Source: a virus
Virus record (IMG/VR): IMGVR_UViG_3300021256_000005
Length of the DNA: 64,000 bases
Reading direction: 5' to 3' (one strand)
The position numbers and the translations under genes are program-made. The notes below the pieces were generated by a model that was given only the letters and a program-made list of their open reading frames with translations, had not been told where the DNA came from and searched no databases. Of the stretch, positions 30,280 through 40,282 are shown piece by piece (position 1 is the first letter of the stretch; each line of letters opens with the position of its first letter).

Positions 30280-30603
30280 TTATTTTTTCTTATAATATTT
30301 CTGCCTATTCGTATTATTAGTAGGACGGTTATTATAAGATAATAATTCTTTAACTAATTTTTTATTTTCATTATCTTCCCAACTATCAATATCAGACAAA
30401 TCTAATTTCTGTAATGCCTGTTTTGCTTCAGATTTAGAAAGGTAATTCAAAAATAAATTTCTTAAAATTGTAAATACATGAAAATGATCTTCGCAATCCG
30501 CATACATTTTCCAAGAAACAAACTTATCATGATATTTGTCGCATGTATCACATCTGTGATATTTTTTACCACAAATCTCACATGTTGCGTTCAAATATGC
30601 CAT
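30280..30603 (-). CDS. Zinc-ribbon hypothetical protein (107 aa)
   Basis: CEICGKKYHRCDTCDK provides a CxxC-N7-CxxC pattern. An RBS (GAGGTG) is present. Confidence 0.6.
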   Translation of the reverse strand: MAYLNATCEICGKKYHRCDTCDKYHDKFVSWKMYADCEDHFHVFTILRNLFLNYLSKSEAKQALQKLDLSDIDSWEDNENKKLVKELLSYNNRPTNNTNRQKYYKKK

Positions 30604-30612
30604 TTAATCACC

Positions 30613-30651
30613 TCAAAAAAGTAAAGGTGAGTTCTGACACCCACCTTTACT
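30613..30651 (-). terminator. Rho-independent terminator after the major tail gene
   Basis: A 10-bp stem pairs agtaaaggtg (30620-30629) with cacctttact (30642-30651), followed on the minus strand by TTTTTT. The next RBS follows immediately. Confidence 0.75.
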
Positions 30652-30664
30652 ATAATTATTTTGT

Positions 30665-31468
30665 TTACTCAGCGTCAGTTTTCGGAATAATAATCTTGAA
30701 CAGAGTTTTCTCTTTATCACAGTATGCCTGCTGTGCAATGACAGAGAACGGATGGTTGCCATCGGTCTTGAAATCAATAGTAACCTTCGGATCAAGTTTA
30801 GCATTCGGGAAAATAATATAAGCATGAATCTTAACAGACGGATTACATACATCACAACCAAGAACTTCCAGTACGAACTTACCTGCACGGGGGAAGTTTT
30901 TAGCGGTGTTAGTAACACCAACTGCCTGATCGGACTCATAGTCATACATTACGAAAACCTGAGAACCAACCGCTACATCACTACCAAGAGTAATTTTCTT
31001 CTGAGAAGCATCATAAACAAATTTACCGTTTCCTGCGGAAGCACTACCTTTCAGTTCCTGTCCAAGAGTACCATCGCTATTCAGAACATAAATGCTCTTT
31101 ACATCCTGAGTCGGTGTATGTTTCAGTGTTAAAACAGCAGAAGCACTAGCAACATCAATAGTTTCAAAAGTCGGAACTACCATCTTGTTATCAGCTGTTG
31201 CGGATACTTTGGCAGTACCAGACTGAGCGGCAAGCAGTCCGAGGTCGAACAGAGAGTTCTGTCCAGAGAAAGTTGCTTCTTTCGCTCTATCGAAAGTCAT
31301 AATACGAGAACCAAGTGCATCAACCGCATCGGTGCTTTCAGAAGTCATTTCCAGAGACGGTTCGGTAATCTGGTTGATAGACCACATGTAAGAACCATCT
31401 TCGGTAGAAGTCATGATACCTCTCAGCGCATGGTCAATGACAAAGTTATTAGGATTAAATTCAGCCAT
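30665..31468 (-). CDS. Major tail (tube) protein candidate (267 aa)
   Basis: Locally higher GC content and a strong terminator. The size and position after the head-tail connector genes fit. The protein is Ser/Thr/Ala/Gly-rich and beta-type. Confidence 0.6.
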   Translation of the reverse strand: MAEFNPNNFVIDHALRGIMTSTEDGSYMWSINQITEPSLEMTSESTDAVDALGSRIMTFDRAKEATFSGQNSLFDLGLLAAQSGTAKVSATADNKMVVPTFETIDVASASAVLTLKHTPTQDVKSIYVLNSDGTLGQELKGSASAGNGKFVYDASQKKITLGSDVAVGSQVFVMYDYESDQAVGVTNTAKNFPRAGKFVLEVLGCDVCNPSVKIHAYIIFPNAKLDPKVTIDFKTDGNHPFSVIAQQAYCDKEKTLFKIIIPKTDAE

Positions 31469-31500
31469 TATGTTTTATCCTCCATACAAAAAAGACAAGG

Positions 31501-32250
31501 TTAGAAATCATCCCTTGTCCAATCAAAAAGTTTTTTATTTATTTTCTTCACATCGCAAAAACCAGAGTATTGTCCTTGTATCAATGCGAATGAAGATATT
31601 GCAATTTGCGAACCTATAGCAGATTCATTAAACATGCCAATCGGCATCTGTTTAATTGTTTCTAATGGACAGCTATATCGAGAAAAACGCAAGATCATTT
31701 TTATCTTTTGTTTAATGTTAGACTGTCCAGAACATGCGAATTTAGCTTTCTCATCTCTGTCAAGCATAATCATTATTTTACGTGTACCCTCATTCAGTGC
31801 AGTGTCATGGTTTTCACGAATATGATGTATGGTACGCAAATATGAAGCAATCTTGAGATAAGCTAATTCATCAATTACAATAGTTTCCTGATCATTGGAA
31901 AACACCCAAGAATCATTCTGCGGATTAAGACAAAGTTCTAATTGTGAAAAATCAAAATTGCCAAACAGAATAGAAGTTTCTTCAAGTGTATACTGCGAGA
32001 TTACAGACTTTAACGACATTATGAATAATTCATAATCCGTAATCTCCATAAAGTTAATTCCTTGATCATCTAGTTCGGACATTTTATCAGAAGGAGTAGA
32101 AGTAAATACACCTAACAGTGCATTATATTTATGTTCACCGTATTGGATTATCTGTTCAACAGTCGGTTGATAGATCGTCAAATAATCATTAACCTTAAAT
32201 GGCTCTCCAACAAATGCTTGTAATTCATCAATTTGATAAGCCACTAACAA
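31501..32250 (-). CDS. Hypothetical structural-module protein (249 aa)
   Basis: Uninterrupted ORF in the operon. The start is uncertain because it overlaps the upstream gene by 23 nt. Confidence 0.55.
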   Translation of the reverse strand: MLVAYQIDELQAFVGEPFKVNDYLTIYQPTVEQIIQYGEHKYNALLGVFTSTPSDKMSELDDQGINFMEITDYELFIMSLKSVISQYTLEETSILFGNFDFSQLELCLNPQNDSWVFSNDQETIVIDELAYLKIASYLRTIHHIRENHDTALNEGTRKIMIMLDRDEKAKFACSGQSNIKQKIKMILRFSRYSCPLETIKQMPIGMFNESAIGSQIAISSFALIQGQYSGFCDVKKINKKLFDWTRDDF

Positions 32251-32767
32251 TTACCCTGCCATCACGCACAATGCCATTTAAGGTTGTCTGTTTGAACGTT
32301 AATAAACGCCCAAGATAACGATTATCAACAGGTCGAGGATCATTAGAAATTAAATTTAACTGTGTTCCAAAATCTTCGCAGTGATTAAATTCATCTTCAA
32401 CCAATGCGCTCAACAGATCATGCGTAGCAATACCAGTCGCATCGTCCTTTGCATGATTTGTGTGAATCAGAATATAAAATGCTAAATATAATTCTTTATA
32501 ATAATAATTTTCTTTACTTAACGTAGACCATTGAATTTCATAACACAAAAAACTTCGTGTTTCCGCTTCAACAGGCGTTACTAAATGGTACGGTAAAATC
32601 ACCGTATCAAATAAATCATCATAATCCAGTAAATCCTCTTGACCATCTTGTGCATGTCGTAACAGTAAATCCATGATAGGTTCATTGTTTAACAGTTTCT
32701 TTTTGATAATTTCTTTTTCTAATATAATATCGTTTTGATATTTTGATTTGTAATCCAGTAATTCCAT
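32228..32767 (-). CDS. Hypothetical head-tail module protein (179 aa)
   Basis: ORF in the operon; no motif recognised. Confidence 0.55.
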   Translation of the reverse strand: MELLDYKSKYQNDIILEKEIIKKKLLNNEPIMDLLLRHAQDGQEDLLDYDDLFDTVILPYHLVTPVEAETRSFLCYEIQWSTLSKENYYYKELYLAFYILIHTNHAKDDATGIATHDLLSALVEDEFNHCEDFGTQLNLISNDPRPVDNRYLGRLLTFKQTTLNGIVRDGRVIVSGLSN

Positions 32768-32776
32768 AGTACACCT

Positions 32777-33946
32777 CTACAGCGACTTTAACTGTAATTT
32801 CAATTCTGCTGTCCAGTCATTTAACTGACATTTAACGGTTAAAATTTTGTTCAGATAATCTTTTTCCGAACCAATAAATTTAACACTACATTGATTATTA
32901 CTTGCAGTGCAAACAACAAAATTATTAACAGTTTGATCTCCAATAAAGAAATTCCACTGGTAGCCAGTCGTATACTGTGATGTGATATTGTTATTGTCGG
33001 CATCGAATATATTGGCTTGGATGCGTTTTGCACTGCCACCAATCTTTAACACGTCATTCACAGCTGATAATTTGAGTTGAAGCTTACCATCAACTGGCTC
33101 AACCGGTTTAATTACACTATCACGATAATAGTCTGCACAAAGAATTTTGTTATCATAATCAATAAAATCATGAATTGAATCAAATTCATCTTGTACTAAC
33201 GTGAATATGATTAAACCACGTGGAGTAAGATTGTCAATTTTTGTTACCTTAAATGTCAGCGGAACAGTATTAGGCATAGAAATTATCATCCGAGTATTAT
33301 AAAAAATACTAATTGAATCATTATTATATGGCAAAATAAATTTATCTTGATTATCAACAGTTTTCGTCATATTACCAGTTGAAACACCAGAACTATAGCT
33401 TTGCTGAATCCTTTGTACACCACACATTTGATGCAGAGTTTTGACACCATCATCCCATGTGACCCACTGATATACATAATCACAGCGCAAAATTACAAAC
33501 TTTGGAAGTAAATTCCTCGAATCTGAATTAACTACAAGCCATTTATGATAAACACCTCGGTCGTCTGGAATATCAACATATAAACCAACTGGAAAATCAA
33601 TGTCTAAATCGGCATATGCCTTCCACCAATCTGGTACGCATGATTGTTCATTCCACACATCAGGTTCAAACATAATCTGATGTTGTGGAAAATCATCTAA
33701 TGCTGTTGCGTATTCTGCAATCATAACTTTTAACCAAACTTTAACCTTTTTATCAGTATCCGTTGGGTCGTAACCGTGTAGTTGTTTTTTATGATTATCA
33801 TGCGAATAATCATATAAGTAACATGGTCGTGTAGCTAAATCATTATAAAATGTTTGCTGTACAACATGATCTGTTAATTCTTTATATTTTTGTCCTAAAT
33901 ACTCAGTTTTGGAAGTATGTTCTTTCATATCACGAAACGTAATCAT
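32777..33946 (-). CDS. Hypothetical structural protein (389 aa)
   Basis: ORF in the operon. The C-terminal part is Ig-like and beta-rich. Confidence 0.6.
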   Translation of the reverse strand: MITFRDMKEHTSKTEYLGQKYKELTDHVVQQTFYNDLATRPCYLYDYSHDNHKKQLHGYDPTDTDKKVKVWLKVMIAEYATALDDFPQHQIMFEPDVWNEQSCVPDWWKAYADLDIDFPVGLYVDIPDDRGVYHKWLVVNSDSRNLLPKFVILRCDYVYQWVTWDDGVKTLHQMCGVQRIQQSYSSGVSTGNMTKTVDNQDKFILPYNNDSISIFYNTRMIISMPNTVPLTFKVTKIDNLTPRGLIIFTLVQDEFDSIHDFIDYDNKILCADYYRDSVIKPVEPVDGKLQLKLSAVNDVLKIGGSAKRIQANIFDADNNNITSQYTTGYQWNFFIGDQTVNNFVVCTASNNQCSVKFIGSEKDYLNKILTVKCQLNDWTAELKLQLKSL

Positions 33947-33949
33947 TTA

Positions 33950-34273
33950 TCATACCTCCAATCTACTCACTTCTGCTCCTGCGTCTAATATAAGTTTACG
34001 ATAAACTTTGTAATTGAAATTTGGACTATTGTATTCAATCAGCGCAGATTCCAACAAACACATAATATCTACTATCTGAGTAGGTTCATCACACAATGAG
34101 TTCATCCCTCTCAGCTTCAACAATAGTCCAATAATACTTTTTGTTACATCTATTTCTTGATATTGATCTTTAGTTGCGGGGTCAACGATCAATAACAAGA
34201 AAAAGATTTTTCCTCTTAATGATTTTTTTATTTGATTAAATTGTTCACAGGTAAATTCAACACCATATTTCAT
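33950..34273 (-). CDS. Hypothetical head-tail connector-sized protein (107 aa)
   Basis: Tight packing with neighbouring genes, including a 1-nt overlap with the upstream gene. Confidence 0.55.
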   Translation of the reverse strand: MKYGVEFTCEQFNQIKKSLRGKIFFLLLIVDPATKDQYQEIDVTKSIIGLLLKLRGMNSLCDEPTQIVDIMCLLESALIEYNSPNFNYKVYRKLILDAGAEVSRLEV

Positions 34274-34710
34274 TATGAAAACGCTCCATAATAATATTGA
34301 TGATTTCTTGCCTTCTTCTTTAATTTAAGTTCGGCACTCTCAAGACGATCAATTATGGTCTTGTAATTTCCTTGCAATTTCTTTTCTTCTTTCCCGCCGA
34401 TTAATACAGAAGTGTTAATTGTCGTATCAGCTTCTGGTCTTAACCAGTTAATAACCATGCCATCTGAGAATAAATCAGCCACAAAATCATCATCTGTTTC
34501 ATTGTCAACAGGATTTTTTAGAGTATAGGTTAATGTGCGGGTTTCATCATTAAAAGTCAAAGTATCAAAAATTTTACGAATATAAGGAATAGCACCAACC
34601 CCATGAAGCATCCCTATCATTTCTTCGTAAGCGATATTTTCATCCTTCTTAAAAAACAGAACATCGTCATGTTTAATGTAGAAGAGCGAAAAAATTTCAT
34701 CATAAGTCAT
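34273..34710 (-). CDS. Hypothetical head-tail connector-sized protein (145 aa)
   Basis: ORF in the operon directly after the capsid module. Confidence 0.55.
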   Translation of the reverse strand: MTYDEIFSLFYIKHDDVLFFKKDENIAYEEMIGMLHGVGAIPYIRKIFDTLTFNDETRTLTYTLKNPVDNETDDDFVADLFSDGMVINWLRPEADTTINTSVLIGGKEEKKLQGNYKTIIDRLESAELKLKKKARNHQYYYGAFS

Positions 34711-34727
34711 TGGCTATTCCTCGCTTT

Positions 34728-35372
34728 TTAAAGAAATTCTTTAATACAAGTTCCTAGAATTTCGTCAATGATTGATAATTTAGAAATGTCTGGATAATTC
34801 TGTTTGTGAATCATTTCCATTGCCGCAATAGAAATAACTTCTTTAATTGGACCTGGAGAAGTTTCGAGTTTTTCTCTAAACTCAGCATCAGATAAAGTAA
34901 AGAAGTCCTCTAACGACTCGATCTCTAAAAACGTCTTGTAAGTATCCCCAAGGTCTTTGCGCCACCGATACAGAAGTTCTGGATCTTCAATCATGATCTT
35001 TCCATCTTTTAACAGCGGTTTACGGCGGTATGTCTGTAAATCACGATATGCGACGTTCTGCACATCGCCAAAATAATCCCAAACATACATTCTTAAATGA
35101 TCTGGGGTAGCGATTACAAGTTTCCACGGAACACAGCTACGACAAGGAATCAAATCATCCAATTCATATTTGCGTTCACTCGGAACATACACTTGCTGTT
35201 TCTTTGATTCTTTTTGTTTTGCCGTCTTTTTGTTTGGTTCTTTTACAGCATCAAGTATTTCCTGAGTAACAGTGTTCATATGGCTTGTAATCTTAAACCC
35301 TTTTGATTTCAAATCATCAATCAGTTCTTTGTTAGAAACACCCAACTGTTTTGATAAGTCTTTAATTTGCAT
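34728..35372 (-). CDS. Hypothetical protein with an IF2_N/Rho_N-like N-terminal helix bundle (214 aa)
   Basis: MQIKDLSKQLGVSNKELIDDLKSKGFKITSHMNTV resembles the IF2 N-terminal / SAP-like motif. Confidence 0.55.
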   Translation of the reverse strand: MQIKDLSKQLGVSNKELIDDLKSKGFKITSHMNTVTQEILDAVKEPNKKTAKQKESKKQQVYVPSERKYELDDLIPCRSCVPWKLVIATPDHLRMYVWDYFGDVQNVAYRDLQTYRRKPLLKDGKIMIEDPELLYRWRKDLGDTYKTFLEIESLEDFFTLSDAEFREKLETSPGPIKEVISIAAMEMIHKQNYPDISKLSIIDEILGTCIKEFL

Positions 35373-35385
35373 GTAATCTCCCTTT

Positions 35386-35418
35386 AATCAAAATAATGGC
35401 AGTCAACCGACTACCATT
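35386..35418 (-). terminator. Probable intrinsic terminator after the capsid gene
   Basis: A 10-bp stem with one mismatch pairs 35395-35404 with 35409-35418 around an AACC loop. A T-rich tract follows on the minus strand. Confidence 0.5.
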
Positions 35419-35429
35419 GTTACGGTTCA

Positions 35430-36527
35430 TTAACCAGTAATTTTAATTGCGCCAAACAGCTCGTCAATAGCAACGCCAGTTCCTTCGATATAAGCGATTT
35501 CAGCATCAATCGTCATATCTTTCTTCTCGCCGTTTGTGCCAGATTCGTAATACATTACGTCACCTTCGTTGACACGTTTGATCGGCTTGAACTCAGGATC
35601 AATCGGAACAATCAGGATTGTCTTGTTGTCTGTGATGCTTGTGCGAGTACCCTGAGCGTTGATTCTCGGAATAGCGGCACACATATAACCTTCCCAGTTA
35701 CCAAGTACACCTTTCTGGTTCTGCTCATCTTTCATGGCATCAGACCATACGTTATAATCTACAGTACCCTGAAGCTGATTCAGTGCCAGTTTAGAACCCA
35801 TCAGACAAATTTCTTTACCAGTTACTGATTTAACAAGCTCACACTGCTCAATAATAGCAGACTTAGTGTCTTTAGAAACATTAGTTTCCAGAATCATATC
35901 AGTCGGCAGAGAAGCGGGAAGTGCTTTAAAAGCTACATACAGTGCTTCATATCTGCGCTTCTCAATAGCGGCATACATCTTGTCTACCATTCCTGCAAAG
36001 TCTACTTTACCTTTACGGAACAGGTCAAAATCAGTATAAGTCTTGATAGTATACCAAGAGGTCTCGATACGGAAAGCAACACCAGGCTTCAGTGCCTGAC
36101 GTACTACATCATGATGATTTCCTGCAAATTTAGAAACAGTCAGGATGGAACTATCTTCTACATAGAACTCGTTTACGTCACCTTCCGCCAGATTTCTGTT
36201 GTCTACCAGTTCATCAAGGAAACTGCCGTTAGTAGCATCAATGCCAGAAACCATTCTGTCAGCGATAACATCCTCAACCAGAGAAGCCCACTCTTTCGAG
36301 TGCATACGATATGCCTGTCTCCGTTTCATAGGAGTTGCGTGTTCCCAGTTGATACCAAAAATTCTATCTGCGCCGTTACGAATAATTTTGTTTGTTTCTT
36401 CTTTAGAATATTTAGTGTAGATACCGTGAGAAGCATCCATCATCAGATCATGAAACTCAACAACATTTTCATATTTATTGTCAAACTGATTCATAACATG
36501 TGCAGAAAAAGCTGTCATATCTCTCAT
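35430..36527 (-). CDS. Major capsid protein candidate (365 aa)
   Basis: Size and position after the scaffold/decoration-like genes fit. Locally higher GC content and a downstream terminator suggest a highly expressed gene. Confidence 0.65.
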   Translation of the reverse strand: MRDMTAFSAHVMNQFDNKYENVVEFHDLMMDASHGIYTKYSKEETNKIIRNGADRIFGINWEHATPMKRRQAYRMHSKEWASLVEDVIADRMVSGIDATNGSFLDELVDNRNLAEGDVNEFYVEDSSILTVSKFAGNHHDVVRQALKPGVAFRIETSWYTIKTYTDFDLFRKGKVDFAGMVDKMYAAIEKRRYEALYVAFKALPASLPTDMILETNVSKDTKSAIIEQCELVKSVTGKEICLMGSKLALNQLQGTVDYNVWSDAMKDEQNQKGVLGNWEGYMCAAIPRINAQGTRTSITDNKTILIVPIDPEFKPIKRVNEGDVMYYESGTNGEKKDMTIDAEIAYIEGTGVAIDELFGAIKITG

Positions 36528-36551
36528 TAGTGTTTATCCCCTTTCAATTTA

Positions 36552-37112
36552 TTAAACCTGTGCATTCTTGATACACTCAATACGAACCATATTCAGTGCA
36601 TTACCCTGCACAACAGAATGCACACGACCAATAAAGCCGTAAGTTGTACCTTCTGGTTTAGCGGAAGCGGCAACTTCAACGTAACCACCTTTTCCGTCAA
36701 CTACTACATAGTTGCCCTCTTTCGGCAGTTTATTTGCGCCAACAATAGTGGAAAACTGATAAGATGCAACAGCAAAAATTTCATTTTCCTCTTCAAGCAC
36801 CTGATAACATTTTACTGGTGCGCCAGCTACATTTGTAAAGTTATACGGCTGACTCTGTGCTTTAGTTACAGCGTCTTTTACATCTGGCGAAGAACCAGTT
36901 ACAGCAATCTTGTCACCTTTATCGGCAATAGTTCCTTTTCTAGTCTGTAATCCATCATAAGTCGGATCACCAACTTTTACAGCAACGCCGTTGTCTACAT
37001 CTTCATCGAAAACTAAATCAAAAATTTTTCCAACGTCTGTAGCTTTCAGCTTGCTAGATTCAAAAATACCATGCTTACCTTTTGCATCGGTTGTATATAC
37101 ATGCGTACTCAT
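36552..37112 (-). CDS. Head decoration or scaffold-associated protein candidate (186 aa)
   Basis: It lies immediately upstream of the capsid gene. The protein is Gly/Val/Ala/Lys-rich and beta-type. Confidence 0.45.
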   Translation of the reverse strand: MSTHVYTTDAKGKHGIFESSKLKATDVGKIFDLVFDEDVDNGVAVKVGDPTYDGLQTRKGTIADKGDKIAVTGSSPDVKDAVTKAQSQPYNFTNVAGAPVKCYQVLEEENEIFAVASYQFSTIVGANKLPKEGNYVVVDGKGGYVEVAASAKPEGTTYGFIGRVHSVVQGNALNMVRIECIKNAQV

Positions 37113-37128
37113 TCAAAAATCCTCCTAA

Positions 37129-38520
37129 TTATTTTTTGTTCAGCAATTCATCAAGGAAAGAATTATCTTCCTGTGCAGGCGTTCCAAAAGCAAAAGTATG
37201 CGTTTCAACTCCTGTTTTAACTTCATTTTTATTTTCTGCTTGCTGAGAAACAGAAAACGTTCTGCGCATCTGACCAAGCACAAGATCACATTCTTTTCTC
37301 AGTTCATCAACGCTATAGTTTTCTTTATTGTTAACTAAGTTTTTGAAATTATCAGATTCAGTGATTTCGGCATAAGCGGAATCAGACAGAATAGCATCAC
37401 GCTTTGTATTTAATTCTTTGCGCTCATAATCTTTCAGTTTAATTACAACTGTGTCGTAATCTTCACGCATTGTTTTAAGCTCAGTAAGTTCTTCTTTTGT
37501 TAAATATTCAAGAAAAACCTCAATTGCTTCACCCTCAAACTGAATATCATTATCATCTTTTGTATAATTCTGTTTGAATACATTCGATACGCAAGTTCCG
37601 TCCTCATCAACTGCATTGTGCTGATAAAAAAAGTATTCATCAAAAACATCAATGATATAATCGTAATCACGATAATTTTCATTTTTACGTAACTGCTCGT
37701 AGATCTTACGCCTAACATTATCATGTGATAATTCAAAAGTAACTTGATAAGTAGGCTCTTTTGCATCCTTTTCCATTTTATTATCTTCCACGATTTTGTC
37801 CTCCTTTCTTACAGAATTTTTATTGAAATCTTCTGTAAGAACAGAAGAATTTTCAAGCGAATTAACAATCTTGATTTTAGAACCTTCCATACCTGGCTTT
37901 ATTTCGTTGCCGTTAGCATCATAGCCTAAAATCGTAATTCCAGAAAAATAAAAATCTGTAATAACCAAAACATCATTTTCAGCGTCAAAATGACACTCAT
38001 CTACACAAAGTTCTACAGACACAGGACATTCACCGTGTCTGGAAACAATTTCAACTGCGGCTGTATATTCATCATACAGAAGTCCATGAACAACAACCCT
38101 ATCAACTTCTTTATCATCGTCATAAATCATTTTCACATCTGGATTAGACGGAATATGACCAACGGAAATTTCGTCATAAACAAAATCTTCCTTCTCGTTT
38201 AAATGTACATTATGACCATAAAATTCAAACTCTCCATCTACTTTATGGATATAACCCAAAATAGGTCTATCACCAATAGACGGAAGTGCAGAAGCCATAG
38301 TTTCTTTAGAGATATAAGAATTGTTTAAGTTCCGCATCGTATGACAAGCCGTGAGTTCAACTTCAGTAAGTCCCTTTTTTGCAGTAGCTTCAAAAGACAC
38401 CATACCGTCTGTCAGCACATGAATTGGCTTCTCATTGTTGTCATGACTTGAAAAAGAAGTAATGTTTTGGTGTGCCTTATAAAATTTTACAAGTTCATCA
38501 ATTGTTATAATACCTTCCAC
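37129..38520 (-). CDS. Prohead protease/scaffolding protein candidate (463 aa)
   Basis: It sits between the portal and capsid genes. The C-terminal half is acidic coiled coil, like a scaffold. No catalytic triad was confidently identified. Confidence 0.45.
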   Translation of the reverse strand: MEGIITIDELVKFYKAHQNITSFSSHDNNEKPIHVLTDGMVSFEATAKKGLTEVELTACHTMRNLNNSYISKETMASALPSIGDRPILGYIHKVDGEFEFYGHNVHLNEKEDFVYDEISVGHIPSNPDVKMIYDDDKEVDRVVVHGLLYDEYTAAVEIVSRHGECPVSVELCVDECHFDAENDVLVITDFYFSGITILGYDANGNEIKPGMEGSKIKIVNSLENSSVLTEDFNKNSVRKEDKIVEDNKMEKDAKEPTYQVTFELSHDNVRRKIYEQLRKNENYRDYDYIIDVFDEYFFYQHNAVDEDGTCVSNVFKQNYTKDDNDIQFEGEAIEVFLEYLTKEELTELKTMREDYDTVVIKLKDYERKELNTKRDAILSDSAYAEITESDNFKNLVNNKENYSVDELRKECDLVLGQMRRTFSVSQQAENKNEVKTGVETHTFAFGTPAQEDNSFLDELLNKK

Positions 38521-38530
38521 GCATTACACC

Positions 38531-38704
38531 TCAGAAAAATAATTTATTAGTAAATTTAATATCATTTTGGGATTTAAACGTATACAATTTGCCATTGTTA
38601 ACGAATACCCAATACATATCGTTTTGATACACACAATGAGTAATCTGCTTTAATTTTTCCGCAGTTTCTTTATTATTTGTAACAATAAATTTTTCCATCA
38701 TCAT
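38531..38704 (-). CDS. Small ORF (57 aa) not in the supplied track, translationally coupled to the portal gene
   Basis: My reverse-complement translation reads MMMEKFIVTNNKETAEKLKQITHCVYQNDMYWVFVNNGKLYTFKSQNDIKFTNKLFF and ends at a TGA stop (38531-38533). Its ATG overlaps the portal TGA as ATGA. The ORF fills the otherwise empty gap. Confidence 0.5.
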   Translation of the reverse strand: MMMEKFIVTNNKETAEKLKQITHCVYQNDMYWVFVNNGKLYTFKSQNDIKFTNKLFF

Positions 38705-40242
38705 GTACCCCTATCATCATTCTTTCCAGACACTCTTGCAGAAACACCTTCTTCAGATAAATCTTCTTCTGGCATTTCTGGTCTGCCCGATTTTTGATCT
38801 GAACCACTCATTGTATAAGAGTTCATCAGTGGTATCATCTGTTCTTTAATTTTAGAAGCGTTTTCAAAACGAATCTTATTCCAAGCTATCCAAGGTGTAT
38901 CACCAAGAGAACACAGATAATCAATCGCAGAACCACCAAGAGTTGCCGCTTCTTTTTTCATCTGAACAAAATCGGCTTCGTTGTATCGTGTCTGATCGAA
39001 AATTTCTAACTCAAAACCATCAATAATATTATTCTTAATATAATAGTTCAGCCATGACTCTAAACGGCGCACATAAATAAACATGTTGCCAGTGTCATTA
39101 GCAATCGAGTATTTGATACCAGAAGCGTTTGTCGAACTACCAGAACTTACTACTAATTTATTTACACCCGCATTGGAAAACAAATTATTTATGTTTTGAT
39201 TCAAAGTATCTGTATCGTCATTATTAGTTGATTTATCAAAATTGATAACCTCAAAATCATAAGGAGCAACACCAACACCAACTAAATCTGGAACACTATT
39301 TTCAATGATCGCTTGAAACTGATTTACCATTTCTAGTGAGATAGCAAAATCATCAATATCATTAGAATCCTTCATTAACGGAATTTTACCTAACAATAAT
39401 TTATAATTCTGCAACTCCGTTTTAGATGCGAGAATAGCTTCTGTATCAATCAACTGTAAGAGAGAAACAAATAACGGCACAAAATAGGGGAGTGGCATAT
39501 AAAATTCATCATCTGTTCCGCTAACGATGGTGCAGGTTTTTTCTGGTGTCAGTCGAAACCACTGAGCTGATCTTCCTATTTCTTTATATTGATTGTATCC
39601 ATCAATGAAACACTGATCCCAACAACCAGAAGTATCTCCATCAACACCAAGTACAAATTGCTTATTTGTTCCAACATCAAAATATGCGGCGTTAAAATAA
39701 GTGATCCATTCACCAGATCCAGTTTTACCATAAACACGACAATACTGTACGTCCAATGGCATTAAAAACATGCCATCATCGTCTGATTCATACATAAATC
39801 CTGTAAATTGACCATCTCGAATCACACAAGAAATAATATTAAAACACTCTTTTTCCATCTTAAAATGATGAAAAGTTTTTAATATCTTCTGATAATTCGG
39901 CATAATGTTATCAATATCAATTTCTTCGCTTAAATCCATAGTTGGAATAATCGTGTAGCGATATAACGGCATAGTAGCATAGTATAAAATCAGCTTTTTA
40001 TACACCATTGATACACGGGTTAGAAACCGAGATGCTTCACGGATATTATCAATATTATTGATAGGCGATTCGAGGTATTGTTGAATAAGAGTCTTTGTAT
40101 GCTGTGTGAATGATTTCGTAATGTTTCTTGTTACATCACGCTGTAAAATTTGTTGAATCTTTTCAAAATTTTTAATTGTTTGCGCTCGTTTTCTCGTATG
40201 AGCATAATCTTCACTCGACATAGAACGAGTTATCATTTCCAT
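38701..40242 (-). CDS. Portal protein (513 aa)
   Basis: It lies directly downstream of the large terminase. The size and the acidic C-terminal tail are typical of portals. Confidence 0.75.
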   Translation of the reverse strand: MEMITRSMSSEDYAHTRKRAQTIKNFEKIQQILQRDVTRNITKSFTQHTKTLIQQYLESPINNIDNIREASRFLTRVSMVYKKLILYYATMPLYRYTIIPTMDLSEEIDIDNIMPNYQKILKTFHHFKMEKECFNIISCVIRDGQFTGFMYESDDDGMFLMPLDVQYCRVYGKTGSGEWITYFNAAYFDVGTNKQFVLGVDGDTSGCWDQCFIDGYNQYKEIGRSAQWFRLTPEKTCTIVSGTDDEFYMPLPYFVPLFVSLLQLIDTEAILASKTELQNYKLLLGKIPLMKDSNDIDDFAISLEMVNQFQAIIENSVPDLVGVGVAPYDFEVINFDKSTNNDDTDTLNQNINNLFSNAGVNKLVVSSGSSTNASGIKYSIANDTGNMFIYVRRLESWLNYYIKNNIIDGFELEIFDQTRYNEADFVQMKKEAATLGGSAIDYLCSLGDTPWIAWNKIRFENASKIKEQMIPLMNSYTMSGSDQKSGRPEMPEEDLSEEGVSARVSGKNDDRGT

Positions 40243-40282
40243 TGACCGTTTAATATTGCGTTCTTTCGTTATTTTTCACCAC

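Noticed and set aside
30613-31132. Track ORFs 30613..30945 (minus strand, alternative frame) and 30752..31132 (plus strand) overlapping the major tail protein gene.
   Set aside because: The 267-aa frame at 30665..31468 has an RBS, sensible composition and a terminator. The overlapping frames are Leu/Arg/Ile-rich nonsense and lack start signals.
36111-36950. Plus-strand track ORFs of 110-139 aa antisense to the capsid and decoration genes (36111..36530 and 36618..36950).
   Set aside because: They are antisense to well-supported structural genes, with no RBS and hydrophobic or odd composition. The whole arm is otherwise strictly unidirectional.
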